Of a stretch of 64,000 bases of DNA, positions 53,628 to 63,134 are shown one piece after another. The stretch spans positions 915-64,914 of the forward strand of contig CAZHCG010000003.1 of NCBI GenBank assembly GCA_964530995.1, given 5' to 3'. Every line of letters begins with the position of its first letter. The stretch's first letter is position 1. The notes beneath the pieces were generated by a model, which had not been told where the DNA came from, ran no database searches, and saw nothing but the letters and a program-made list of their open reading frames with translations. This DNA comes from an uncultured Myxococcales bacterium. GTDB taxonomy: Bacteria > Myxococcota_A > Polyangia > JAAYKL01. Both the position numbers and the translations under genes were made by a program.

Positions 53628-54812
53628 TCAACCGCGCCGCCAGCGGCGCAGGCGGCGAATCGCCTCGTCCAGGATCGCGTCGCTCTTGCAGAAGCAAAGC
53701 CGGATCAGGCTGCGCCCACCGCGGCGGTTCTCGTGGAAGAACGAGGTCGGTATCGCGGCGACCCCCACCTCGGTCGCGAGGTGGCGGCACGCCTCCAGGT
53801 CGTCTCCGATCCCCAGCCCGCCGACGTCCACCGAGCAGTAGTAGGTCCCCTCCGGCCGCAGCACCTCCAGCCCCAGCTCCTCCAGCGCGCCGCAGAGACG
53901 CTCGCGCCTGGCCGCGTAGTCGGCCAGCAGCTCGTCGTAGTAGCCGTCCGCCGACTCCAGCGCCCCGGCGATCGCCTCTTGCAGCGCTCCGGGTGTGCAG
54001 AAGGTCAGGAACTGATGGCTCATCCGCACCGCGCGGGTCAGCCGCGGGCAGGCCGCGACCCAGCCCACCTTCCAGCCGGTCATCGAGAAGGTCTTGGCCG
54101 TGGAGGAGACCACCAGCGCCCGCTCGCGCAGGGCCGGAATCGAGAGCAGGGTGACGTGCTCGCGCCCGTCGTAGACCAGGTGCTCGTAGACCTCGTCGCC
54201 GATCACGACCGCGTCGCGAGCCGCGGCGAGCTCGGCCACCAGCTCCAGCTCGGCGCGGGAGCAGACCTTGCCGCAGGGATTCTGCGGGTTGTTGATCACG
54301 ATCGCGCGGGTGCGGGGACCGAGCGCCGCGGCCAGCGTCTCACGCTCGATGCGGTAGCCCCGCTCGCCGTCGAGCGGGACGAAGACCGGCCTGCCCCCGG
54401 CGCGAGCGACGATCGGCGCGTAGAGATCGTAGGCCGGCTCCAGCAGCAGCACCTCGTCGCCGGGATCGAGCAGACCCAGCAGCGTGGCGGCCAGCCCTTC
54501 GGTGGCGCCGGCCGTGACCGTGATCTCTCGGTCGGGATCGAGCTCCACCCCGTAGCGGCTCGCCATCTTGCCGGCCACGGCCCGCCTCAGCGCAGGCACT
54601 CCGTGGGACGGCACGTACTGATTGGGCCCGCGCAGCAGCGCCTCGGCCGCGGCGCGCCGGATCTCCTCGGGGCCGTCCCGGTCGGGAAATCCCTGGGACA
54701 GGTTGACCGCGCCGCACTCGGCGGCCAGCGCCGACATCTCGGTGAAGATCGACGTGCCGAAAGGCAGCAGCGCCCGGCAGACCGCGGCGTCCGTCTCTTC
54801 TCGCGGAGTCAT
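53628..54812 (-). CDS. PLP-dependent aminotransferase, class I/II (MalY/kynurenine-aminotransferase-like).
   Basis: NLSQGFP; NQYVPSHG; INNPQNPCG; SSTAKTFSMTGWKVGW (PLP-Lys context). 394 aa from MTPREETD. Confidence 0.85.
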   Translation of the reverse strand: MTPREETDAAVCRALLPFGTSIFTEMSALAAECGAVNLSQGFPDRDGPEEIRRAAAEALLRGPNQYVPSHGVPALRRAVAGKMASRYGVELDPDREITVTAGATEGLAATLLGLLDPGDEVLLLEPAYDLYAPIVARAGGRPVFVPLDGERGYRIERETLAAALGPRTRAIVINNPQNPCGKVCSRAELELVAELAAARDAVVIGDEVYEHLVYDGREHVTLLSIPALRERALVVSSTAKTFSMTGWKVGWVAACPRLTRAVRMSHQFLTFCTPGALQEAIAGALESADGYYDELLADYAARRERLCGALEELGLEVLRPEGTYYCSVDVGGLGIGDDLEACRHLATEVGVAAIPTSFFHENRRGGRSLIRLCFCKSDAILDEAIRRLRRWRRG

Positions 54813-54925
54813 GAAGCACCTCCCGCCACCCGCATAGCACGGGAGGCGCCCGCCTCCCAAGCCTCGCGACGAGCCTCCCCGGCTTCGCCGCGGCGGCGCA
54901 TCTGCTACACTCGGCCGACGAACCC

Positions 54926-56038
54926 TTGCGCTTCGGCGGGAGAAAGCAGGTGTCGGGCTTGCGCTGGACTGTGCTGGCTCTGGCCCTGGGGATCGCGGCC
55001 CGGGTCGTCGCGGCCCGGGCCGGGGAGACGGGCGACGAGGAGGTGATCGCGCTTCTGGCGCAGCGCGACGCCGCCGATCCCTCCCGCGAGCTGGCGCGGG
55101 CCGTGGAGGTGCAGCTCAGCGACCTGCCGGTCCGGCTCGAGGTGGTCTGGATCGACGCGCTGCCCGCCTCGCTGGCCGAGCAGCAGCTCGTCGCCGAGAG
55201 CTGCGCCGCTGAGCGCGGCGCGCTGGCCGTGATCTGGCTCGACCTGCTGCGCCCCGAGCGGCTCTTCTTCTTCCTCGCGGCCGAAGGAGGGGAGCGCATC
55301 CTGGCCAGGCGCCTGGCGGGCGACCGGGGCGCCGCCGAGACCGCGGCAGTGATCGCGCGCGCCTCGGTCGCGGCGCTGCTGGAAGGCGGCCGCGTCGAGG
55401 TGGCGCCTCCGGCCGCGCGGGACGAGCAAGAGGAGAAGCGGCCGCCTCCGCCCGAGCCGCCGGACGAGGCCGAGCCCCCGGAGCCCGAGGAGGAGAGCGG
55501 CTTCGACCCTCCGCGCCTGGGGCTCGAGGTCGCCTACTCGCTGGAGCTGCCCGCCTCGCGGCCGCCGGCCACGCACGGCGCCGAGCTGGGCCTGGCGGGC
55601 GGCCCGCGCGGACCGCTGTCCGTCTTCCTCCGCTACCGGCTGGCCGCGCCGCTGGAGGCGAGGTCGAACGGAATCGAGCTGGTCCAGCGCCGCTACCCGG
55701 TCAGCGCCGGCGCCAGGCTGGAGCTGGCGGCCGGCCCGTTGCGAGTCGGAGCCGAGCTGGGCCTGACGCTGGCCTGGGTCGACGAGCGGATTCGCGCTCT
55801 GTCCGAGCGGATGGACCCGGGTCGTCCGCAGAGCTGGCTCGCGTTTTCGCTGTCGCCGGCCGCGCGCCTCGCCCTGCCCGTCTTTTCGGCGTTCGAGCTG
55901 TACGCCTCGGCCGGCGTCGCGATCCCGCTCGACCCGGTGCGCTACACGGTCGACGACGGCGGGGGGAGAAGCGCGCTGTACGAACCCTGGCCGGTGCGAC
56001 CCTTCGCCATGATCGGCGTCGCGGCGCGCCTCTTGTAG
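54926..56038 (+). CDS. Secreted hypothetical protein with an acidic Pro/Glu linker, upstream of the ECF sigma pair.
   Basis: Signal-like LRWTVLALALGIAARVVAARA. EEKRPPPPEPPDEAEPPEPEEE linker. C-terminal region rich in alternating hydrophobic residues (possible beta-barrel). Confidence 0.4.
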   Translation: MRFGGRKQVSGLRWTVLALALGIAARVVAARAGETGDEEVIALLAQRDAADPSRELARAVEVQLSDLPVRLEVVWIDALPASLAEQQLVAESCAAERGALAVIWLDLLRPERLFFFLAAEGGERILARRLAGDRGAAETAAVIARASVAALLEGGRVEVAPPAARDEQEEKRPPPPEPPDEAEPPEPEEESGFDPPRLGLEVAYSLELPASRPPATHGAELGLAGGPRGPLSVFLRYRLAAPLEARSNGIELVQRRYPVSAGARLELAAGPLRVGAELGLTLAWVDERIRALSERMDPGRPQSWLAFSLSPAARLALPVFSAFELYASAGVAIPLDPVRYTVDDGGGRSALYEPWPVRPFAMIGVAARLL

Positions 56039-56083
56039 AAAAATCCGGCCGAAACCGGCGGCCGCGGGCTCTGGAGGGATGTG

Positions 56084-56698
56084 ATGGCGCTGAGGACCAG
56101 CTCGACCGGACCCGCGCGGCCGCCCGACACGGCGGCCGACCTGGAGCTGGCCGGCTCCGCGGCGAGCGGAGATCGCGCGGCGCGGCACCGCCTGGTCGCC
56201 AGGCTGATCGATCCGCTGCGGCGGACGCTCTCCTACCTGGCGGCGAGCGAAGCCGACGCCGAGGACCTGACCCAGAGCGCGCTGATCCGCGCGCTGGAGT
56301 CGGCCGGCACCTACCGCGGCGACTGCTCCCTGGAGGGCTGGGCGCGCCGGATCGCGATCCGCGTCGCCACCCGCCGCCAGCACAAGAGCAGGCGCCGGCG
56401 CGAGCTGCGCGAGGCGAGCTGGTCGCCTCCCAGAGAGGCGATCGCCCAGGACGAGGCCGCGGATCGAAACGCGATCCGCCGCCGCGTGCGCGATCACTTG
56501 CAGACCCTGCCGCACAAGCAGCGCACCGCGCTGGTGCTGCACCTGGTCGAGGGCTACACCGCCGCCGAGGTGGCGGCGATCTCCGAGGTTCCGCTGGGCA
56601 CGGCGCGCGATCGGCTGCTGCGCGGCCGCGCCGGGTTGAAGAAGAAAATCGTTTCCGACCCCGAGCTACGAAGCCGGATCGAAGCGAGGACGCGATGA
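56084..56698 (+). CDS. ECF (group IV) sigma-70 factor.
   Basis: Sigma-2 region DAEDLTQSALIRALE. Sigma-4 HTH ALVLHLVEGYTAAEVAAISEVPLGTARDRLLRGRAGL. 205 aa. Confidence 0.85.
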   Translation: MALRTSSTGPARPPDTAADLELAGSAASGDRAARHRLVARLIDPLRRTLSYLAASEADAEDLTQSALIRALESAGTYRGDCSLEGWARRIAIRVATRRQHKSRRRRELREASWSPPREAIAQDEAADRNAIRRRVRDHLQTLPHKQRTALVLHLVEGYTAAEVAAISEVPLGTARDRLLRGRAGLKKKIVSDPELRSRIEARTR

Positions 56699-58134
56699 GC
56701 ACACCGAGCCAAGAGTGCGCCCGCGCCGCCGGGATCGAGCGCCGGCTGAGAGGCGGCGAGCCGGTCGTCGAGAGCGATCTGCGGATTCTGGAGCGCCACC
56801 TGGCGAGCTGCGAGAGCTGCCGTCTCGAGCGCGCGGCGCTGGAGGCGATCGAGAAAGACGGCTCGGCCGGCCTCCTGCCCGACTTGGACGAGCTGGCGCG
56901 CCGCAGGCTGGCCGAGGGGGTGCTGGACGCGGTCGAGGAGAAGGAGCGCCTCGCCCGCGGGCGGAGCTCGCGGGCCGGGGGCTGGCGGCTGGCCCTGGCC
57001 GCCGCCGCCGGAGCCGCGGTCGCGGCGCTGGTGCTGGTCGGCACGGCCCGGCAGGCGCCCGAGCCCGCGACGCCGGCCGCGAACGAAGACGAGGCCTCTT
57101 TCCCGGCCGCACCGCCAGCGGTTGGATCCGTGGCCGCGGCGCGCGGCGAGGTGCGCCGCGGCTTCTCCCCGGCCGAGGTCGGCGGGGAGCTGGTGGCCGG
57201 GGACGTTGTCTCCACCGGAGCCGGAGACGCCGCGCTCGGTTTCGAGCCGGGCGTGGCCGCTGCGCTGGCTGCCGATACGCGCCTCAGGATCGAGCCTTCG
57301 ACCGGCGCGCGTCTCTCGCTGGCGCTGGAGGCCGGAGAGGTGCTGGTCGCCGTCGACCCGCGGGCCGAGGCGCCTTCGGTCGAGGTGCTGACCGAGCACG
57401 GCCGGGTACGCGTCGCCGGGACCGTCTTCGCCGTGCTCGCCGACGAGACCGGAGCCGAGGTGCGCGTCCTGCGCGGCGCGGTCGAGGCCACGGACACCGC
57501 CGGGAGCTTCACGCGGCGGGTCGAGCGCGGCCGGGCCACGGCGCTGGGCGGCGACGCCCTCTCCAGGCCGCTGGAGCGCGGCGAGCTGAGCGCGGCCCGC
57601 GCGCGGCTGGCCGCGCTGGCCGCGCTGGTGCCGGGCGTCGACGCTGCGATCCGGCCGATCGAGAAGAAGGACGTGGACGAGGGCGGGGCCGTCAAAGACC
57701 GGGCCGAAGCGCGAGAAGAGAGACCCGCGGCCGCGGCCGCGACCGCTTCGCCTTCCCTCCCGGCAGGCGAGCTGCAACGCCTGGCGCGCGACGAGCGGCT
57801 GGCCGGGAACTGGCCGGCCGCGGCCGCCGCCTACCGGGAGCTGATCCGGACCCATCCCTCGAGCGACGAGGCCGGAACCGCGCTGGTCTCGCTGGGGCAG
57901 ATCGAGCTGGAGAAGCTCGGCCGTCCCGGCGCGGCGCGGCGCAGCTTCGAGCGCTACCTGGAATCCGGCGGATCCGGTCCGCTGGCGCCGGAGGCGCTGT
58001 GGGGAAAGGCCCGCGCGCTCGAAGCGCTGGAGATGAGCGGGCGGGAGCGGGAGGCCCTGACCGAGTTCGTCGAGCGGTTTCCCGGCGCGATCCAGGCGCG
58101 CAGGGCGCGGCGGAGGCTTGAGGAGCTGAGGTGA
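56695..58134 (+). CDS. Anti-sigma factor: zinc-binding ASD (HLASCESC), one TM, a FecR-like domain and C-terminal TPR-like repeats.
   Basis: ATGA overlap with the sigma gene. HxxxCxxC motif. TM WRLALAAAAGAAVAALVLVG. FecR-like GDVVSTGAGDAALGF...VLVAV. The C-terminus is helical repeat-like. Confidence 0.65.
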   Translation: MSTPSQECARAAGIERRLRGGEPVVESDLRILERHLASCESCRLERAALEAIEKDGSAGLLPDLDELARRRLAEGVLDAVEEKERLARGRSSRAGGWRLALAAAAGAAVAALVLVGTARQAPEPATPAANEDEASFPAAPPAVGSVAAARGEVRRGFSPAEVGGELVAGDVVSTGAGDAALGFEPGVAAALAADTRLRIEPSTGARLSLALEAGEVLVAVDPRAEAPSVEVLTEHGRVRVAGTVFAVLADETGAEVRVLRGAVEATDTAGSFTRRVERGRATALGGDALSRPLERGELSAARARLAALAALVPGVDAAIRPIEKKDVDEGGAVKDRAEAREERPAAAAATASPSLPAGELQRLARDERLAGNWPAAAAAYRELIRTHPSSDEAGTALVSLGQIELEKLGRPGAARRSFERYLESGGSGPLAPEALWGKARALEALEMSGREREALTEFVERFPGAIQARRARRRLEELR

Positions 58135-58242
58135 AGTTTTTTCCGGCCGTTTCGGCGATCCACAGACTCGAACAAGATCGAGAGCGATGACGAGCCCCGG
58201 CCGCGGGACGCGACCGGGCGGCGAGAAACGGGAGGAGACGAG

Positions 58243-59277
58243 ATGCACGGGACGACGACGATACTCTGGACGCTGGTGGTGCTGGCCTGCGGGGCTCTGG
58301 TCGGATGCGAGGCAGCCGAGCGGGACGCCGGAGGCCCCTCGGGAGACGCGGACACCGACGGCGACACCGACGGCGACACCGACGCGGACTCCGACTCGGA
58401 TTCCGACTCGGACAGCGACGCGGACGGCGACGCGGATAGCTGCGACGTGGATCTGCTGTTCGTGTTCGACACCTCGGGCTCGATGATGGACGCGGTGGGA
58501 CCGCTGATCGACACGGCGTTCCCGGCGTTTGCCGAGTCGCTCGAGACCTACCCGGAGCTGGGCAGCGTGCAGGTGGCGATCACGACCAACCTCTGGGGAG
58601 AGAAGACCTTCGAAAACGGCGGAACCGGGATCTCCTGCGAGGGAGGCGTGGAGGAGACGGTGCAGACCTCGCGGTTCCTGACCGACGGCTGGGATCCGCT
58701 CGAGCCCCACGACCCGTACTGCTGCGAGGAAGTCCCGGGGATCGACTGCCAGTTCGCCTCGGGCGAGAGGTGGATCGAGGGACCATCGGGGACGATGGTC
58801 GACGAGTTCGGCTGTGTGGGCAACGTGCCCTGCCAGCAGGACGTGATGGCGGGCGAGCCCACGCTGGAGGCGGGTCTCGAGGCGCTGCAGCACCCGGACA
58901 ACGAGGGCTTCGTGCGCGACGGGGCGCTGCTGGTCGCGGTCTTCATCACCGACGAGGAGGACCAGTCGGCGATGACCCCCCAGGCGGTCCACGACGGTCT
59001 GCTCGGACTGAAGGGCGGCGACGAGAAGTACGTGGCGGTGGTCACGATCGCCGGGCCCGAGGTGGGAACCGAGGTGGTCAATGACGTGACCGGCGCGATG
59101 GGCTGCTTCGGCGAGTACGGCGGCACCGAGGAGACGCCGGAGATCATCGGTTTCACCGCGCTGTTCGGCGAGCGCGGCCTGCACTACGAGATGTGCGGCG
59201 ACAACGACATGTCGAGCGCGCTCGATGACGTCTTCGACGTGCTCGAGCTGAGCTGCGAGGACATAGTCGTCGAGTAG
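58243..59277 (+). CDS. Lipoprotein with an Asp-rich (TDGDTD/SDSD) repeat and a von Willebrand factor A domain.
   Basis: Lipobox LVGC. DADTDGDTDGDTDADSDSDSDSDSDADGDAD. MIDAS-like DLLFVFDTSGSM. 344 aa. Confidence 0.6.
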   Translation: MHGTTTILWTLVVLACGALVGCEAAERDAGGPSGDADTDGDTDGDTDADSDSDSDSDSDADGDADSCDVDLLFVFDTSGSMMDAVGPLIDTAFPAFAESLETYPELGSVQVAITTNLWGEKTFENGGTGISCEGGVEETVQTSRFLTDGWDPLEPHDPYCCEEVPGIDCQFASGERWIEGPSGTMVDEFGCVGNVPCQQDVMAGEPTLEAGLEALQHPDNEGFVRDGALLVAVFITDEEDQSAMTPQAVHDGLLGLKGGDEKYVAVVTIAGPEVGTEVVNDVTGAMGCFGEYGGTEETPEIIGFTALFGERGLHYEMCGDNDMSSALDDVFDVLELSCEDIVVE

Positions 59278-59406
59278 CGATCGCGTTTTTCTCACCGACG
59301 CCGATACCGACTCGGACACCTCCGGAGAGGACGCGGAAGACGTTTCTCCGCGGGCTGTTTCTCCGCGGGCTTGGCCGGGGGGGCGGCAGGGGATAGACTG
59401 GTCGCG

Positions 59407-60147
59407 ATGGTCGGATTGCGCCGCTTTTCTCGCTTCCTGGTCGTCTGCGCCTGGGCTTGGGGCTGCGGGTCGTCCGGTCCTCCTCCCCCCGCGCATCACC
59501 AGCCGCTGGCCCGCGCGGACTGGGAGCCGCGCATGCCTGTCCGCCGGCTGGACGAGCCTCGCTCCGAGCGCGACGACACAGAGCGCGACGATGCCGAACG
59601 CGACGACAAGGCCGGCTCGGGCTCGCTCGAGATCCGCCCGGCCATGATCGCCGCCGGCCGGGATCTGCTCTCCAGCGGAGGCTCCTCGCCGGGCTTCGGA
59701 GCCTCGGACCTGGATCGAATCCTCTCCGAGCTGACCCCCCGCCTGGGCTGGAGCGCGGCGGACGGCCTGCGGCGGCTGGTCGAGATCGCTCGCAGCCGGG
59801 GAGCGTACGAGACCGACGGCGCCCCGGAGCCGGGCGACGTCGTCCTGTTCCACAATCAGCGCGACGCAAACGGAAACGGAGAGGTCGACGACTGGCTGAG
59901 CGGCTGCGGAATAGTGCTGGAGCGCGACGGCCCGCGCTTCGTCTCCGTGGTGCGCACCGGCCACGCTCCCCGGCGCGCGGTGGTCTGGCCCGACGGTCCG
60001 GGACGGCGCGTGGTCGACGGCGAGGTGGTCGACAGCTACCTGCGCGTCCCGCACCGCTCCGATCCCGCCGACACGCCCTACCTGGCGGGACGGATGTACG
60101 CGGGACACATCGAGGTCGAAGAGCTGGCCGCCGGCGGGGGAAGCTGA
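59407..60147 (+). CDS. Putative lipoprotein, hypothetical.
   Basis: The start was chosen at MVGLRRFSRFLVVCAWAWGCGSS. The DDTERDDAERDD acidic patch is followed by a globular region. Confidence 0.4.
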   Translation: MVGLRRFSRFLVVCAWAWGCGSSGPPPPAHHQPLARADWEPRMPVRRLDEPRSERDDTERDDAERDDKAGSGSLEIRPAMIAAGRDLLSSGGSSPGFGASDLDRILSELTPRLGWSAADGLRRLVEIARSRGAYETDGAPEPGDVVLFHNQRDANGNGEVDDWLSGCGIVLERDGPRFVSVVRTGHAPRRAVVWPDGPGRRVVDGEVVDSYLRVPHRSDPADTPYLAGRMYAGHIEVEELAAGGGS

Positions 60148-60150
60148 GCG

Positions 60151-60900
60151 ATGGGCCGCGTCCGCGTCGATCGACTGCTGGTCGAGCGCGGTCTCGCCCC
60201 CTCGCGCGAGCGGGCGCGCTCGCTGCTGCTGGCCGGCGTCGTGCTGGTCGACGACGCGCCTGTCACCAAGCCCGGTGCCGCGGTCTCGAGCGGGGCGGAG
60301 CTGCGCCTGCGCGGCGATGACAACCCGTTCGTCTCGCGCGGCGGGCTCAAGCTGGACGCCGCGCTGGACGAGCTGGGGATCGAGGTCGCGGGCCTGACGA
60401 TCCTGGACGTCGGCGCCTCGACCGGGGGCTTCACCGACTGCTGCCTGCAACGCGGCGCAGCGCGGGTGTTCGCCGTGGACGTGGGCAGGAACCAGCTGGC
60501 CTGGTCGCTGCGCAACGACGAGCGCGTCAGCTGCCTGGAGCGTCTCAACGCCCGCCGGCTGGAGCCCGGGATGCTGCCGGGCCAGGCGGATCTGGCCGTG
60601 ATCGACGTTTCGTTCATCTCGATCGGGCTGATTCTGGCGGCTGTCGCGAGCTGCCTGAAGCCGGACGGCGCCGTGCTGGCGATGGTCAAGCCCCAGTTCG
60701 AGGCGGGTCGCGAGGCGGTGGGCAAGGGCGGAGTCGTGCGCGATCCCGGCGTACGCGAGGAGGCGGTGCGCAAGGTGATCCGCCGCGCGGAGTCGCTGGG
60801 GATGAAGGTCCGCGGGCGCGCCGACTCGTGCCTGCCGGGCCCCAAGGGCAACGTGGAGGTTTTCGTGCATTTCGAACGCGGAGAAGAAGGATGCGGGTGA
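60151..60900 (+). CDS. tlyA: TlyA-family rRNA (cytidine-2'-O)-methyltransferase, with S4 domain and FtsJ-like MTase.
   Basis: S4-like RVDRLLVERGLAPSRERARSLLLAGVVLVD. SRGGLKL. SAM motif LDVGASTGGFTDCCL. 249 aa. Confidence 0.88.
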   Translation: MGRVRVDRLLVERGLAPSRERARSLLLAGVVLVDDAPVTKPGAAVSSGAELRLRGDDNPFVSRGGLKLDAALDELGIEVAGLTILDVGASTGGFTDCCLQRGAARVFAVDVGRNQLAWSLRNDERVSCLERLNARRLEPGMLPGQADLAVIDVSFISIGLILAAVASCLKPDGAVLAMVKPQFEAGREAVGKGGVVRDPGVREEAVRKVIRRAESLGMKVRGRADSCLPGPKGNVEVFVHFERGEEGCG

Positions 60901-61556
60901 AGATCGACGCCGAGCTGGCGGACGTGCTGCGAGTCGGGGTGCTGCGCCTGGGAGAAGTCCGCGAGCCGGACGACGGTGGGGATCGGCTCTGGGCCGAGGT
61001 GGAGCGCTCGAGCCGCGAGCTGACACAGCGGCACGCGGGCCGCACGATGGGCCGGATAGAGGAGACCGCCGAGATGCGGCGCCTCTACCGCGCGGTGGGC
61101 CTCGATCCTACCAAGACGCGCCCCTCCTCCGAGGCGCTGCTCAGGCGGCTGGTCAAGGGCAAATGCCTCTACCGGGTCGGCCCGCTGGTCGATCTGTTCA
61201 ACCTGGTCAGCGTCGAGTCGCAGCTCTCGCTGGGCCTCTACGACGAGTCGAAAATCGAGGGTCCGCTCGTCTCCGCGCGCCTGGGCTCGCCCGGGGACGG
61301 GTACGAGGGAATCCGCAGAGGCAGGATCAACGTCGCCGGCCGCCTCTGCCTGGCGGACGCCGGGGGTCCGTTCGGCTCGCCGACCGCCGACTCGGCGCGG
61401 ACCGCGATCGAGGGCGTGGCCGAAGGCGCGCTGGCGGTCTTCTTCCAGCCGCTGGACGGCGACCCGACGCGCCTTGAATCGGCGCTGGATCGCGCCGCGG
61501 CCCTGGCCGCAGAGCACCTCTCGGCCCGCGTGGAGGAGCGGACGGTGATTCCGTGA
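60891..61556 (+). CDS. B3/B4 tRNA-binding domain protein (PheT B3/4-like).
   Basis: RRLYRAVGLDPTKTRPSSEALLRRLVKGKCLYRVGPLVDLFNLVSVESQLSLGLYD matches the B3/4 domain family core. Confidence 0.6.
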   Translation: MRVKIDAELADVLRVGVLRLGEVREPDDGGDRLWAEVERSSRELTQRHAGRTMGRIEETAEMRRLYRAVGLDPTKTRPSSEALLRRLVKGKCLYRVGPLVDLFNLVSVESQLSLGLYDESKIEGPLVSARLGSPGDGYEGIRRGRINVAGRLCLADAGGPFGSPTADSARTAIEGVAEGALAVFFQPLDGDPTRLESALDRAAALAAEHLSARVEERTVIP

Positions 61557-61617
61557 TCGAGCGGACGCGCCGGCGGCCCGTTTGAGGCGGCTCGCCGACG
61601 GTGCTAAAAAGATCGCG

Positions 61618-63096
61618 ATGAGCAAGACACTCTGGATTGCAATCGGTACGATCCTGCTCGCGGCGCTGGTGTGCGGCTGCGGTGGCGACGGGGAGAAGAA
61701 GCCCGACTCGACCGGGCAGGGGCGGGCCGCCGCCGCCGAGAAGGCGCGCGGCGCGAAGGATCTGCCCGAGCGCGGTCCCGGCGATGAAGCTCGGGAGGCG
61801 GTCCCGGTCGAGGAGCGCGGGCTGCTGGTCTTCGGGCTCGACGGCGCCGACTGGCGCGCGATCGACCCCCTGCTGGCCGCGGGAAAGATGCCCAATTTCG
61901 CAAAGCTGATCGAGGCGGGCGCCCGGGCGCCGCTCGAGACGTTCGAGCCCTGTCTCTCGCCGCTGATCTGGACGACGCTGGCCACCGGCCTGGCGCCGCG
62001 CAAGCACGGCATCACCGGCTTCACGGCCGAGGACCCCGAAAGCGGGCGTGAGATCCTGGTCTCCAGCAACCTGCGCCGCGTGCCGGCGCTGTGGAACCTG
62101 GCCTCCCGCCACGGGATCGAGGTGGGCGTCGCCGGCTGGTGGGGCACCTACCCGGCCGAGCGCGTGCGAGGCTTCGTCGTCTCGGACCAGGCCTCGGCGC
62201 TGCGGCGGGAGAACTACCGCGCGGCGCTGGACCTCGACGCGGGGTCGGACGAGAGCGCCGACCGGCGCGGAACCTGGCCTCCCGGGCTGGCCGGCCGGCT
62301 TTCCGACTCGCTGACGATGCGCGCGGAGGCGGACGCCGAGCTGCTGGGACGTTTCATGGATCTGCCGAAAAAAACGCTGGCCGAGCTGGCCGACGATCGG
62401 CGGGTGGACAAGGAGAACATCTTCTCCATCTTCCAGTACGCGCTGTTCATCGACCGCGCCTTTCTCTCCGCCTTCCTCGAGGCGAGCGCCGAATTCGATC
62501 CCCAGCTCGGGATGCTCTACCTCAACGGGCTCGACGCGGCCGAGCACCACTTCTGGAAGTTCCGCGAGCCCGAGAAGTTCTCCGGTGTCGATCCCGAAGA
62601 CGTGACGCGCTACGGAAAGGTCATCGACAACTACTACATCTACATGGACGAGGTGCTCGGCCGGCTGCTGGAGCGCTATCCGCTGGCGAAGAACGCGGTG
62701 CTGGTGGTCTCCGACCACGGCCACGAGGCCAACGAGGGCTACGACCCCCAAAGCGAGGATCACTTCGACCGCGTCTGCAGCGGAAGCCACGAGCACGCTC
62801 CCGACGGGATCTTCCTGCTGGCCGGCGCGGACGTCCGCGCCGGGGCGAAGCCGGAGAAAAAGCCCACGATCTTCGACGTGACGCCCACCGCGCTGGCGCT
62901 GCTGGGAGTGCCCGTCGGCCGCGACATGCCCGGCCGCGTGCTTGAAGGCGTGCTGGAGACCGGCTTCCTCGAGAAGCATCCGCCGCGCCGGGTGAAGACC
63001 CACTCGGCCGGCTGGAAGCACGGCGACACCCCGATCGGATCCGAGGTCGGAGGCGAGCTGAAGAAGAAGCTGGAGGGCCTGGGCTACATCGAGTGA
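61618..63096 (+). CDS. Alkaline-phosphatase-superfamily lipoprotein (type I phosphodiesterase / nucleotide pyrophosphatase-like).
   Basis: Lipobox LVCGCGG. LLVFGLDGADWRAI...PNFAKL...FEPCLSPLIWTTLATG (metal-binding D and catalytic S/T region). SDHGHE near the C-terminus. Confidence 0.7.
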   Translation: MSKTLWIAIGTILLAALVCGCGGDGEKKPDSTGQGRAAAAEKARGAKDLPERGPGDEAREAVPVEERGLLVFGLDGADWRAIDPLLAAGKMPNFAKLIEAGARAPLETFEPCLSPLIWTTLATGLAPRKHGITGFTAEDPESGREILVSSNLRRVPALWNLASRHGIEVGVAGWWGTYPAERVRGFVVSDQASALRRENYRAALDLDAGSDESADRRGTWPPGLAGRLSDSLTMRAEADAELLGRFMDLPKKTLAELADDRRVDKENIFSIFQYALFIDRAFLSAFLEASAEFDPQLGMLYLNGLDAAEHHFWKFREPEKFSGVDPEDVTRYGKVIDNYYIYMDEVLGRLLERYPLAKNAVLVVSDHGHEANEGYDPQSEDHFDRVCSGSHEHAPDGIFLLAGADVRAGAKPEKKPTIFDVTPTALALLGVPVGRDMPGRVLEGVLETGFLEKHPPRRVKTHSAGWKHGDTPIGSEVGGELKKKLEGLGYIE

Positions 63097-63134
63097 GCTT
63101 TGCAACCGCTCCTCTCGCCGCTAGGATGTCAGTC

